Both the position numbers and the translations under genes were made by a program. From a virus (lineage: Duplodnaviria > Caudoviricetes): a stretch of 55,309 bases of DNA. The notes under the pieces are model-generated. The model saw nothing but the letters and a program-made list of their open reading frames with translations. It was not told the origin of the DNA and ran no database searches. Where the stretch lies: IMG/VR virus record IMGVR_UViG_3300030107_002626, positions 1 through 55,309 of that record, one strand, 5' to 3'. Position 1 is the first letter of the stretch. Every line of letters starts with the position of its first letter. This document shows positions 1 through 8,888 of this stretch, piece after piece.

Positions 1-26
1 CCTACTAACGTACAGACGTTTGACTG

Positions 27-500
27 ATGCTTGCGGAGTTAACAGCAGCGTTTGCTGCGCTGAAGGCCGTCAATGAAGGCATTCAAAGTCTTCGTGATGC
101 CCACGGGCATGGCCGGGATCTTGGCAGCATTCTTGGCTCTTGGTCTGAAGCTGCAATGGCAGCTAAAGAGTGCGAGAAGGTTCAGGCCGCTGGGAAAATG
201 TCTTATCAAGAAGCTCTTCGACTTGAGAGTGTTACCCGTCAAGTGGCCAATTACGACAGAATGCTGCATGACGTGTGCTTGCTGCAGGGCCAAGGAGATT
301 TATACAAGTCGATCAAAAAGAGAATGGCTGAGGCCGAAGAAAATGCGGCAAAAGAAGTTGCGCGAATAAAAGCCCAGCGAAAACGACGGATTAAATTTTG
401 GAAAGAGATTGGGCAAATATTTTCGATCATGCTGGGCATCTTTTTGATGGCAATGATTTCTCTTTGGATATTTTTTGCTTTCTTTTACGGAGCCGAATAA
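27..500 (+). CDS. Hypothetical membrane-anchored protein
   Basis: 157-aa ORF, coiled-coil then C-terminal hydrophobic helix; directly upstream of the lysis genes. Confidence 0.7.
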   Translation: MLAELTAAFAALKAVNEGIQSLRDAHGHGRDLGSILGSWSEAAMAAKECEKVQAAGKMSYQEALRLESVTRQVANYDRMLHDVCLLQGQGDLYKSIKKRMAEAEENAAKEVARIKAQRKRRIKFWKEIGQIFSIMLGIFLMAMISLWIFFAFFYGAE

Positions 501-818
501 ATGGCAAAAGAATTGGAGCCTAAATCTCAGTACGCTGAGTTTGATTTAGATGGCGATGGAGTTGTCACTGATGACGAGATCCGTCGTTCGCAAGACATGC
601 TTGAACTGGAGATGCGGGAAGAGAAGGCTGATACTCAACGTCGCATGGCGTGGGTGGCAATGTGTTCAATGTGCGGCTTTGCTATTTTACCGCTAATGCC
701 ATTTGTTCCAGAAGCTCGCCTAGCTACGCTCGCAAGTCTTAGTGACATGTTGTTCCTTTCTCAAGCATCTGTCGTTGGTCTTTATTTCGGCGCGACGGCT
801 TATATGGCGAAAAAATAA
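501..818 (+). CDS. Putative holin with N-terminal EF-hand-like loop
   Basis: DLDGDGVVTDDE loop, two hydrophobic segments, basic C-terminus; next to spanins and endolysin. Confidence 0.55.
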   Translation: MAKELEPKSQYAEFDLDGDGVVTDDEIRRSQDMLELEMREEKADTQRRMAWVAMCSMCGFAILPLMPFVPEARLATLASLSDMLFLSQASVVGLYFGATAYMAKK

Positions 819-1222
819 TGTGGCAAATTTCTGGGGTTTTAGGAGCCGCACTGGTTATGGGCGGGGTTTCTTTTAAGGTTTATTACGACCGTGCAGAAGC
901 CGAAAAAGCCTCCTTAAGAACTGAGCTTCAAGTAGCAATAAACAATCAAGCTGTCTTAGAGCGAACGATCAGTTCTCAAAACGAGGAAATCCTTGAGCGA
1001 ATAGAAAAAGAAAAGCAAAACTTTCAAAGGATTAATGAGCTTTCTGACGCAGCAAGGGCAGCAGAAACTCAAGTAACTGACATGAGGAAGACTTTCGCCA
1101 AGCACAATCTGAACATGCTCTCGATAAGAAAGCCGGGTTTAATTCAAAAGGTCATCAACAAAGGAACGTCAAAGGTCAATGAAGAGCTTGCCGCTATTAC
1201 TAATCCTGATCAGTTTAACTAG
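818..1222 (+). CDS. Putative inner-membrane spanin (Rz-like)
   Basis: N-terminal TM helix followed by long coiled coil; overlaps a lipoprotein gene. Confidence 0.65.
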   Translation: MWQISGVLGAALVMGGVSFKVYYDRAEAEKASLRTELQVAINNQAVLERTISSQNEEILERIEKEKQNFQRINELSDAARAAETQVTDMRKTFAKHNLNMLSIRKPGLIQKVINKGTSKVNEELAAITNPDQFN

Positions 1223-1574
1223 CTGTGCATTAGTAAGACCGGCTCCTGTTCCCGATGTAAAGCAGGTCGAGGTTATTACGATTGAAAAACCTGCCCCGGT
1301 GTACCATCCGCCGCTGCCTAATCAAATAGCACCACTTCTTGTTGAGTGGCGAGTTCTGACACCAGAGACGATGCAGGAATACTTAGATGCTCTTGAGGCT
1401 GGAAATGCGCCAGTTGATGCCTATTACGGACTAACCCCAAAAGGTTACGAAAATCTAAGTACAAACATAGCTGAAGTTAAGCGTTACATTAGACAAGCAC
1501 TAAGCATCATTAAGTATTACAGAGACTTGGATAAAGATGAGTTATCGACTGAAGAAGATGTTGAAACGCCATGA
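1179..1574 (+). CDS. Putative outer-membrane spanin lipoprotein (Rz1-like)
   Basis: Signal peptide with LTSC lipobox, Pro-rich segment; overlaps the i-spanin candidate. Confidence 0.7.
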   Translation: MKSLPLLLILISLTSCALVRPAPVPDVKQVEVITIEKPAPVYHPPLPNQIAPLLVEWRVLTPETMQEYLDALEAGNAPVDAYYGLTPKGYENLSTNIAEVKRYIRQALSIIKYYRDLDKDELSTEEDVETP

Positions 1575-1965
1575 AGGCGTAAAGACCCATGCCTACGAGG
1601 ACCATCTTGGTCTGACTACAATTGGTGTTGGGCGGTGTCTTGCTGAGGGCTCTCTTGGTCTTAGCGAAGAAGAGATAGATTTCTTACTGGACAATGATGT
1701 CAGTCGTTGTCGTAAGGAGCTTACTTCTGAATACGAATGGTTTGATGACTTGGATGGCGTAAGGCGTGAAGCTCTTATAGATTTGTCATTCAATATTGGT
1801 CAGACAAGGCTTCGTGGGTTTGTGAAGGCATTAGGCCATATGGCTGACGGCAACTATACTGAGGCCAGTAAAGAATTTTACGACAGCAAATGGGCAACCC
1901 AAGTGGGTGATCGAGCCTTAGAAATATGCCAGATGATTGAGTCTGGCGAATATCAGGAGAGATAG
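1537..1965 (+). CDS. Endolysin, T4-type lysozyme (GH24)
   Basis: HEG-x7-DHLGLTTIGVG catalytic E/D/T motif; FNIG and SKWATQVGDRA motifs. Confidence 0.9.
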   Translation: MSYRLKKMLKRHEGVKTHAYEDHLGLTTIGVGRCLAEGSLGLSEEEIDFLLDNDVSRCRKELTSEYEWFDDLDGVRREALIDLSFNIGQTRLRGFVKALGHMADGNYTEASKEFYDSKWATQVGDRALEICQMIESGEYQER

Positions 1966-1966
1966 C

Positions 1967-3712
1967 ATGTCTCAGTTTCCCGGAGATATAGGCTCGGTTT
2001 ATATGCGAAGGAGGCACGATCCTTTCGCCCAATACGACCCGAGGCGGGACATGACGCCCGGGGTTAATCGGTCCTTGGGCTTTCCAGATCGCATGGCTCG
2101 TCCTCCTGCCGGAAGAAGGACAGTGCCTAATATTCCGGGATACCAACGTAGTCCGGGGAAGGGCAGAGGCCCATCTGGTCCGGGGAAGGGCAGAGGCCGA
2201 TCTCTTCCGGGGAAAGGTGGGGGTTCGCCTCGTCGACAGGATCTGCCCCAGTTGTTGCCCACTGCGCGTGACCTGAGTCCCATGCCGACGACCATGGATA
2301 ATATTGGGAACGTGCCTCCTTCTATGGGCAACTTCAATAGCGCTCTTCAGGAAGCCCTTGAGAACGCTCGGAAGACAGGACAGCCTGTCCCAAGCGATCT
2401 TAAGGACGCAATTCAGCGGCAGCGAGCTGAGGCAGAAGCAAGGGTGCCAGCGAACTCCCCTAGAAGGAACCCGCTATATCAGGGCATGGATAAGCTGCCA
2501 CCGCTTGGGCCTTCGGGTCCACAGTCACCCTTTGATCCGCGCCAACTTCAGCGTTTGCAAGAACAGCAGAGAATGCTTTCGGGACAGGGTGGACCGAGCC
2601 AGAACTACAGGGAAAATCTGTTCCGACAGCCTCCCCCTTCATTTGATCCTCGCGGCTCCGGTGCTATTGCCTCGGGAGAAGTTCAACTTCCCGGTCATCA
2701 GGGTCGAATAGGTCAGAGACCGGGCATGCCGCCGGAGATGCCCATGCCGGGTGGCAGGGGGCCAATGGCAGGGGGGAGTTACTTTGACGAAGGTGGTAAT
2801 AGGGTAGATTTTGGCGGCGGTAACAGGGGTCCAGTAGCAAGTATTCCCACGCCTGTGCCTATGGACCCTCCTTACATGCCGGGTTTTCCGATGCCTATGG
2901 ACCCCCCTTATATGCCGGGTTTCCCTGACCCGGGTAGGGGCAGAGGCCCATCTGGCCCGGGAAAAGGCAGGGGTCCAATAATGGGCTCCCCGGGTGGTCC
3001 GGGTGGTCCGGGGAAAGGTAGGGGACCATCTGGTCCCGGCAAAGGTAGAGGCCCAATAGGGTCTCCGGGATTTCCAAGCCCCGGTAAAGGCAGAGGTCCG
3101 TCTGGTCCCGGTAAAGGCAGAGGACCATCCATGCCCGGTAAAGGAAGGCAGAACATGCCCCAGCCGGGAGGGTATTACCCTCAGCCTCCAAGCTCTCCTT
3201 CATACCCTGATGCAGGGATTCCTCCGTTTTCAGCGCCACCTAGCTATAACGCGCCGGTAATGCCTCCGGGTTACGGGCAAATGCAAAATACCGCTGATAG
3301 GTTTGCTGGCTATGGCATTCCACAGAACATGGGCACCTTTCAGTCCCCGCATTATCAGCCATATGTTCCGCAGCAGCCCCCGGTAGATCAGCCCCCGGGT
3401 GATCAGCCCCCGGAAGATCAGCCTCCGGGCGATCAGCCCCCGGGTGGTCCGGGTGGTCCGGGTAAAGGCAGGGGTTCGTATGAGCAGCAACAGTTTGCTG
3501 GGCCTCAACAGTTTGCCAGTCAATATCAACCTGCTCAGCAGCAACCTGCTGCATATCGCGCACCCGGAAACGCCGCGTATCCTGCTCAGCAGCAACCTCC
3601 CGCTCAGCAACCTGCTTTCCTACAACCTGCTGTTCAACCCAACATAGGATTACCCGGGGGCGGGGGCTTCGGTTTTGATCCCTTTGGCGGTTACAGTGGC
3701 CTTGGTTTTTAG
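1967..3712 (+). CDS. Pro/Gly/Gln-rich low-complexity protein (581 aa)
   Basis: Long open frame; ATG 1967 follows AGGAG (preferred over TTG 1937); PGKGRG and PPGDQ repeats. Confidence 0.75.
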   Translation: MSQFPGDIGSVYMRRRHDPFAQYDPRRDMTPGVNRSLGFPDRMARPPAGRRTVPNIPGYQRSPGKGRGPSGPGKGRGRSLPGKGGGSPRRQDLPQLLPTARDLSPMPTTMDNIGNVPPSMGNFNSALQEALENARKTGQPVPSDLKDAIQRQRAEAEARVPANSPRRNPLYQGMDKLPPLGPSGPQSPFDPRQLQRLQEQQRMLSGQGGPSQNYRENLFRQPPPSFDPRGSGAIASGEVQLPGHQGRIGQRPGMPPEMPMPGGRGPMAGGSYFDEGGNRVDFGGGNRGPVASIPTPVPMDPPYMPGFPMPMDPPYMPGFPDPGRGRGPSGPGKGRGPIMGSPGGPGGPGKGRGPSGPGKGRGPIGSPGFPSPGKGRGPSGPGKGRGPSMPGKGRQNMPQPGGYYPQPPSSPSYPDAGIPPFSAPPSYNAPVMPPGYGQMQNTADRFAGYGIPQNMGTFQSPHYQPYVPQQPPVDQPPGDQPPEDQPPGDQPPGGPGGPGKGRGSYEQQQFAGPQQFASQYQPAQQQPAAYRAPGNAAYPAQQQPPAQQPAFLQPAVQPNIGLPGGGGFGFDPFGGYSGLGF

Positions 3713-3724
3713 TAGGCGCGGTTA

Positions 3725-5575
3725 ATGCCATTAACAAAGATACAGTTTGCCCCGGGCGTCAATAAAGAAGGGACCGAGTACACAGCCGACGCTGGGTGGT
3801 TTGATTCCGATAAGGTTCGGTTCAGGAAAGGTCGCCCTGAAAAAATAGGCGGCTGGCGAAAGTTTGCCGAAGATTCCTTCTTAGGTATTTGCCGGTCAAT
3901 ACATGACTGGGCTTCCTTGGAGTCAATCAAATATATTGCCTTGGGGACGAACCTTAAGTTTTATATTGCTGAGGGCAGCGGCTTCAATGACGTAACTCCG
4001 CTTCGGGCTACGACTTCGGCGGGTGACGTAACGTTTGCGGCAACAAATGGATCTTCAACAATAACTGTGACAGATACAGCGCACGGCGCTGTTGTTGATG
4101 ACTTTGTCACATTTAGTGACGCTGCATCTTTGGGTGGCAATATCATTGCTGCGGTCCTGAATCAGGAATACCAGATTGCTACCGTCCCGACGACCAGCAC
4201 ATACACAATAGAAGCCAAGGATACGAGCGGAGATTCTGTTACCGCAAACGCTTCGGATTCTGGCAATGGTGGTTCTAGTGTAGTTGGTGCCTATCAGATC
4301 AATACAGGTCTGAATACTTTTGTCAGCGGCACTGGCTGGGGTGCTGAGCCTTGGGGCTCGGGAACTTGGGGAAGCTCAAGCTCTGTAGCTTCAGGAAATC
4401 AATTGCGCTTGTGGAGCCAAGATAACTTTGGTGAAGACCTGATCCTCAATGTTCGGGGCGGCGGCGTTTATTACTGGGACGAATCGAGCGGGACCGGAGC
4501 CAGAGCCGTCAATATTACAAGCCTCAGTGGAGCTTCAAATGTCCCAACTATTGCCCTTCAGGTAATGGTTTCGGATACAGATCAGCACGTTATAGCTTTT
4601 GGCGTTAACCCTATTGGGTCATCAACTATAGATCCCTTGTTTGTAAGATTCTCTGATCAGGAAAACGTTGCTGATTGGACTCCTACGGCAACGAACACTG
4701 CCGGGGGTGTGAGAATTAACTCGGGCTCTGAAATTATTGGGGCCGTTCAGACTAGGCAAGAGATACTTATTTGGACTGACGTAAGCCTACATTCCATGAG
4801 GTTTATTGGCGCTCCGTTTATATTTGAATTTACGCGCTTAAGCTCAGACGTATCCATGATTTCCCCGAATGCCGCCGTCAATGCTCGCGGTGTTGTCTAT
4901 TTCATGGACAGAAGAAACTTCTATGTTTACAACGGTTCTGTTCAACCAGTGCCCTGTTCCGTTAAGGAGCATGTGTTTTCCAACCTGAATCAAGATCAGG
5001 CGTTTAAGGTCTTTGCTGCAGAAAATACTGACTACAACGAAGTTAGTTGGTTCTATCCTGTGGGGTCAGGAAATACAGAGATCACTAATTATGTGACGTT
5101 CAATTACGAAGAGAACTTGTGGTCTGTTGGGACGTTAGCTAGGGGCTCTTGGGTAGGCGGCACAACGAGACAATATCCTTTGGCTGCTACAGCGGTAGAC
5201 GGGGGGAGCAATTACCTTTACGAGCATGAAGTCGGCTACGACGCGGACGGAGAAGCCATGACTGCATTCATTGAGTCAGGTGATCTGGAGTTGGCTGAGG
5301 GTGAGTTCTTTATGTTTATGAGCAGGATCGTTCCTGACTTTACATTTAACGGAAGCCAGACAGATGCTTCCGCAAACATAGTCATTAAGGGCAGCGACTT
5401 CCCGCTTGAGACTGAGGCCACGTTATCAACGTCAACCATAACGCCAAGCAGCACCCAATCTTATGTCAGGAACAGAGCAAGACATTCAATCGTTCGGGTG
5501 GAAAGCTCCGGGGCTGGGTATGGCTGGAGGCTTGGTGCTCTTAGATTTGATATGCGGCCTGACGGGAGACGCTGA
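3725..5575 (+). CDS. Tail nozzle / DNA-stabilisation protein (P22 gp10 / tubular protein B-like)
   Basis: 616 aa, beta-rich; VRFSDQE..W and GEDL motifs; lies before the ejection genes. Confidence 0.7.
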   Translation: MPLTKIQFAPGVNKEGTEYTADAGWFDSDKVRFRKGRPEKIGGWRKFAEDSFLGICRSIHDWASLESIKYIALGTNLKFYIAEGSGFNDVTPLRATTSAGDVTFAATNGSSTITVTDTAHGAVVDDFVTFSDAASLGGNIIAAVLNQEYQIATVPTTSTYTIEAKDTSGDSVTANASDSGNGGSSVVGAYQINTGLNTFVSGTGWGAEPWGSGTWGSSSSVASGNQLRLWSQDNFGEDLILNVRGGGVYYWDESSGTGARAVNITSLSGASNVPTIALQVMVSDTDQHVIAFGVNPIGSSTIDPLFVRFSDQENVADWTPTATNTAGGVRINSGSEIIGAVQTRQEILIWTDVSLHSMRFIGAPFIFEFTRLSSDVSMISPNAAVNARGVVYFMDRRNFYVYNGSVQPVPCSVKEHVFSNLNQDQAFKVFAAENTDYNEVSWFYPVGSGNTEITNYVTFNYEENLWSVGTLARGSWVGGTTRQYPLAATAVDGGSNYLYEHEVGYDADGEAMTAFIESGDLELAEGEFFMFMSRIVPDFTFNGSQTDASANIVIKGSDFPLETEATLSTSTITPSSTQSYVRNRARHSIVRVESSGAGYGWRLGALRFDMRPDGRR

Positions 5576-5778
5576 TGGCAACCAGAAGAACAATTCCTTT
5601 GCCATCGCCTTCTCAAGAGTATGCTGAAGAGAATGAGGCGGTCACCAGAAGGACGATAGAATTTACTTTTCAGACATTGGAAAATGACATAGAGCTTGCG
5701 AAGACGCAGGGCGATAAGCCCGGTTCCTTGGCAATGCGTCGATTCCAGTTTCTTTTAATGGGGGCATCAGGTGGCTGA
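5575..5778 (+). CDS. Hypothetical virion protein
   Basis: Translationally coupled 67-aa ORF in the tail module. Confidence 0.65.
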   Translation: MATRRTIPLPSPSQEYAEENEAVTRRTIEFTFQTLENDIELAKTQGDKPGSLAMRRFQFLLMGASGG

Positions 5779-6100
5779 TGTAATCAAGGTTCTCGGGCAG
5801 GTCGATGTAAGCGCGACCACTATAACTACTTTGTATTCAGTCCCGGACCTTACTCAGACTACCTGCAGTTCTCTTGTTGTATGCAACAGAGGCGGATCTG
5901 GAATTACGTTCCGGGTGAGCGTACACGTTAACAATGCCTCAGCAGATGATAAGCAGTTTATTTTTTATGACGAAGACTTGGCAGCTACCACAACAAGAAC
6001 CGTGGTGATTGGCTTGTGCTTGGGTCAGAAGGACGTGGTAAAAGTTTATTCAAGCGCGGCTAATGTCAGCTTTAACCTATTCGGCGTAGAGACAAGTTAG
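5771..6100 (+). CDS. Hypothetical virion protein
   Basis: 109-aa beta-rich ORF with GTG start, coupled. Confidence 0.7.
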   Translation: MADVIKVLGQVDVSATTITTLYSVPDLTQTTCSSLVVCNRGGSGITFRVSVHVNNASADDKQFIFYDEDLAATTTRTVVIGLCLGQKDVVKVYSSAANVSFNLFGVETS

Positions 6101-6102
6101 TT

Positions 6103-8376
6103 ATGAACCAATATCCAGCAAAGCCTTTTATGGACCAGATGGCACAGCATGGACGCTATGGCGATTCAATGCTTGTGCATATGAACCCTGTAGAGGTTCA
6201 GGGAATTGCCGCCTTGTCTCCTACAGGATCTCTGACGACCAACCCGATAACGGGACAGCCTGAAGCTTTCTTACCATTCCTAGCCCCAATACTAGGCAGC
6301 ATGCTTGGATCGTCTGTGTTGCCTGCAATGATTCCTGCCTTGGCCGGGAAGACAGCGTTGGCTTCTGCCATCGGGTCGGGTCTTATGACGACGGCTATGA
6401 CTGGCGACATCAAGAAGGGTCTGTTGTCTGGCATTACGGGCTTTGGTCTTGGCCAAGTTTTGGGTGCTGCAGGAGACGCTCTTAATCCAGCGATAGGAGA
6501 TACATCTGCGGCTCTTGACGCTGCTCAAACGGCAGCTTCTGAAGCAGGAGTAAGTGCCGCTACTGCGGGAGCAGACCTCACAGCTTTGCAGGCTACCCCT
6601 GATGTTGCTTCTGGTGCGTTGGACGCTGCTAAACAGGCAGATGCTGCGGCCCGTCTAACTCAGACGGGTGCAAACACAAGGGTTTCTACTCTAGAAAATA
6701 CTTTAGGTGACTTGAGAGGACAGCAAAGCATTGGAGACCGATTCACCGCTCCCTTTAAGGAACCGGGCGCGTTTGGAAAAGCATTGGTTAAGCCCAGCTC
6801 ATTAGCGGCTATTGGTGTAGGTGAAGGTCAGAAGGCTGCGTTAACTGCTCAAGAGGAATTTGAGGAGGAAGGCCGACGCTTTGAGCGAGAGCGTGAGGAA
6901 GATTATTTAAGAAACGTTGGCATCATGAATCGCTCTTTTGAGCAGCTTGAAAGGGATTACCCGGGATACAAAATTCCTCGTAAGGTGGCGGCAGGGGGCG
7001 GTGTTACCTCTATAGATCCTGCCCATTACGGAAGAAGCCTCAATGGCCTGCAAGACATGATTAAAGGTCAGTCTGTCGTAAGGATGAATAACGGTGGCGA
7101 GTTCAATCCTAACCAGAGGGGCATTAGCAGTTTGCTAAGAAACAACCCAAACGCTTCAATTAACGTAGGTGGAACGACATATCGGTATGGTGATTCGGGA
7201 ATAACATCTTCTAACCCCACGGCTGAGAGTCGGGATGCGGCTGCAGGGGCAATTGATGCATCAGCAGACGGCGGTATTCTCACCCAAGGCGCTCGTGCGG
7301 TTACAGGCAATGGGGCTAATGACGCATATCAGCGAGGGGCTGATGCTGCGGCAAGACAAGCAGGCATTCGTGGCTCAGAAATAATAAGCCGGGAAGAGCT
7401 GGCCGGTTATCGCCCGGGGTTTGATGCCGAGATCTCATACTTCAGGTCACCTTCCCCGGCTGAGCCCCCTCCTTTTACCGGCGGTAATTATCCCCCGGCA
7501 GATGCAGGCGATCTTCCTCCTGAAAATGCAGGAGATGGCGCTATCGACATGGGGGGAGGCCCGGGGTTTGAGGGTATTCCAAAGACAAATGGCACAGGAA
7601 CTACTGGAGGGATAACAAGTCTCCGCACTGAAGATTCCGGGGTGGGAGATTTTACTGCCGAGTCCCGAATGGATGAAACGATTGATCCCGGTTCAGATCC
7701 TGCTCTTGTGGAGAGGGCAATTCTGGACATGAACAATCCAATAACAACCCCGCCGCCTGCATCAGATCCGGCAACTGGTGGAGGAATAACAGACATTCCT
7801 ACAGGGGAATTGACCCCGGAGCAGCAGGCTGAAATAAATATTTTACGCGAAATAATGGGCAGCACAGGGTCTGTGCCAGTATTCGACGGATCTTCAGGAC
7901 CGGGAATGAGGGCAGGAGGTGATACTTCTGACTTCGCTATGAACGATACAATGGAGGCTAATGGTCAGTTGCTAATTGAGCGAGCAGTTATGGCGATCTC
8001 TGGCCGTCTCCCTGAAGAAGAAGCTGAAGTCGTAATTGCTAACTTTGTTGATGAGTTTGGTCCTGAAGCATTCCAGATTCTGCGGGAAAAGGTGTTGCAG
8101 GAGATAGTTCCAAACGCTCAGACTGAGGGAGAAATTGTTGGCTCCGGTGGCGGAATGGATGATCGTATCCCGGGAATGATTGGCGCAGATCAGCCGGTTG
8201 CTGTTAGCCCCGGCGAGTACATTGTTCCTGCTGACGTTGTTTCCGGTATTGGAGACGGCAGCACAGATGCTGGAGTTCAAGAGCTTGATGGGATGTTAGA
8301 TCGAGTCAGGATGGAAAGGACTGGAACCATGAGGCAACCTCAGCCCATGCGTTCCGGGGGAGCAATGCCAGCATGA
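6103..8376 (+). CDS. Putative internal/ejection protein
   Basis: 757 aa; GRYGDSMLVHMNP..TNPITGQPEA motif, Gly/Ala-rich hydrophobic stretch, C-terminal GEYIVPADVVS motif. Confidence 0.65.
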   Translation: MNQYPAKPFMDQMAQHGRYGDSMLVHMNPVEVQGIAALSPTGSLTTNPITGQPEAFLPFLAPILGSMLGSSVLPAMIPALAGKTALASAIGSGLMTTAMTGDIKKGLLSGITGFGLGQVLGAAGDALNPAIGDTSAALDAAQTAASEAGVSAATAGADLTALQATPDVASGALDAAKQADAAARLTQTGANTRVSTLENTLGDLRGQQSIGDRFTAPFKEPGAFGKALVKPSSLAAIGVGEGQKAALTAQEEFEEEGRRFEREREEDYLRNVGIMNRSFEQLERDYPGYKIPRKVAAGGGVTSIDPAHYGRSLNGLQDMIKGQSVVRMNNGGEFNPNQRGISSLLRNNPNASINVGGTTYRYGDSGITSSNPTAESRDAAAGAIDASADGGILTQGARAVTGNGANDAYQRGADAAARQAGIRGSEIISREELAGYRPGFDAEISYFRSPSPAEPPPFTGGNYPPADAGDLPPENAGDGAIDMGGGPGFEGIPKTNGTGTTGGITSLRTEDSGVGDFTAESRMDETIDPGSDPALVERAILDMNNPITTPPPASDPATGGGITDIPTGELTPEQQAEINILREIMGSTGSVPVFDGSSGPGMRAGGDTSDFAMNDTMEANGQLLIERAVMAISGRLPEEEAEVVIANFVDEFGPEAFQILREKVLQEIVPNAQTEGEIVGSGGGMDDRIPGMIGADQPVAVSPGEYIVPADVVSGIGDGSTDAGVQELDGMLDRVRMERTGTMRQPQPMRSGGAMPA

Positions 8377-8888
8377 ATGAACCAGTAAAAGCTGCTGATC
8401 TTTTACACATTAGGGACATATCAAGGGAGCCAAAAGTTAGGCCCCGCTCGGAAAGGGGAGAGCAAACTCACACAATTGCGCTTGTCCCCAGTAATTACTT
8501 AAATACCTTGTGGCCTGATGTGCGGGAGCAATTAGCTAGGGCGGTAGCAAGGTCGAATGGTAGGTGGAGTATGGAGGTTTTGTACTCTGCCATCCTGAAT
8601 GGACATCAGCATCTTTGGGTTGCATTCAACAAAGACAAAGAGATTGAAGGTGTTGGGACAACAGAGCTTGTTGATTACCCACACAAGAGAATGCTCGCGA
8701 TCCAGTTTTTAGGCGGCGATAATTTTAACGATTGGGTCTGGGACATTCTTGACAGATTTGATAGCTGGGCAAAGGACAATGATTGCCAAGGTATTGAGGC
8801 CACCGCCAGAATGGGTTTCTGGCAATGGCTTAAGCAAGATGATTACGACAGGGCTTATGTCGTTTATGAGAAGAGGTTTGACCAATGA
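8373..8888 (+). CDS. GNAT-fold acetyltransferase-like protein
   Basis: 171 aa; LWVAF..LAIQFLGG..WAKDNDCQGIEATARMGF pattern; position between ejection genes. Confidence 0.5.
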   Translation: MNEPVKAADLLHIRDISREPKVRPRSERGEQTHTIALVPSNYLNTLWPDVREQLARAVARSNGRWSMEVLYSAILNGHQHLWVAFNKDKEIEGVGTTELVDYPHKRMLAIQFLGGDNFNDWVWDILDRFDSWAKDNDCQGIEATARMGFWQWLKQDDYDRAYVVYEKRFDQ

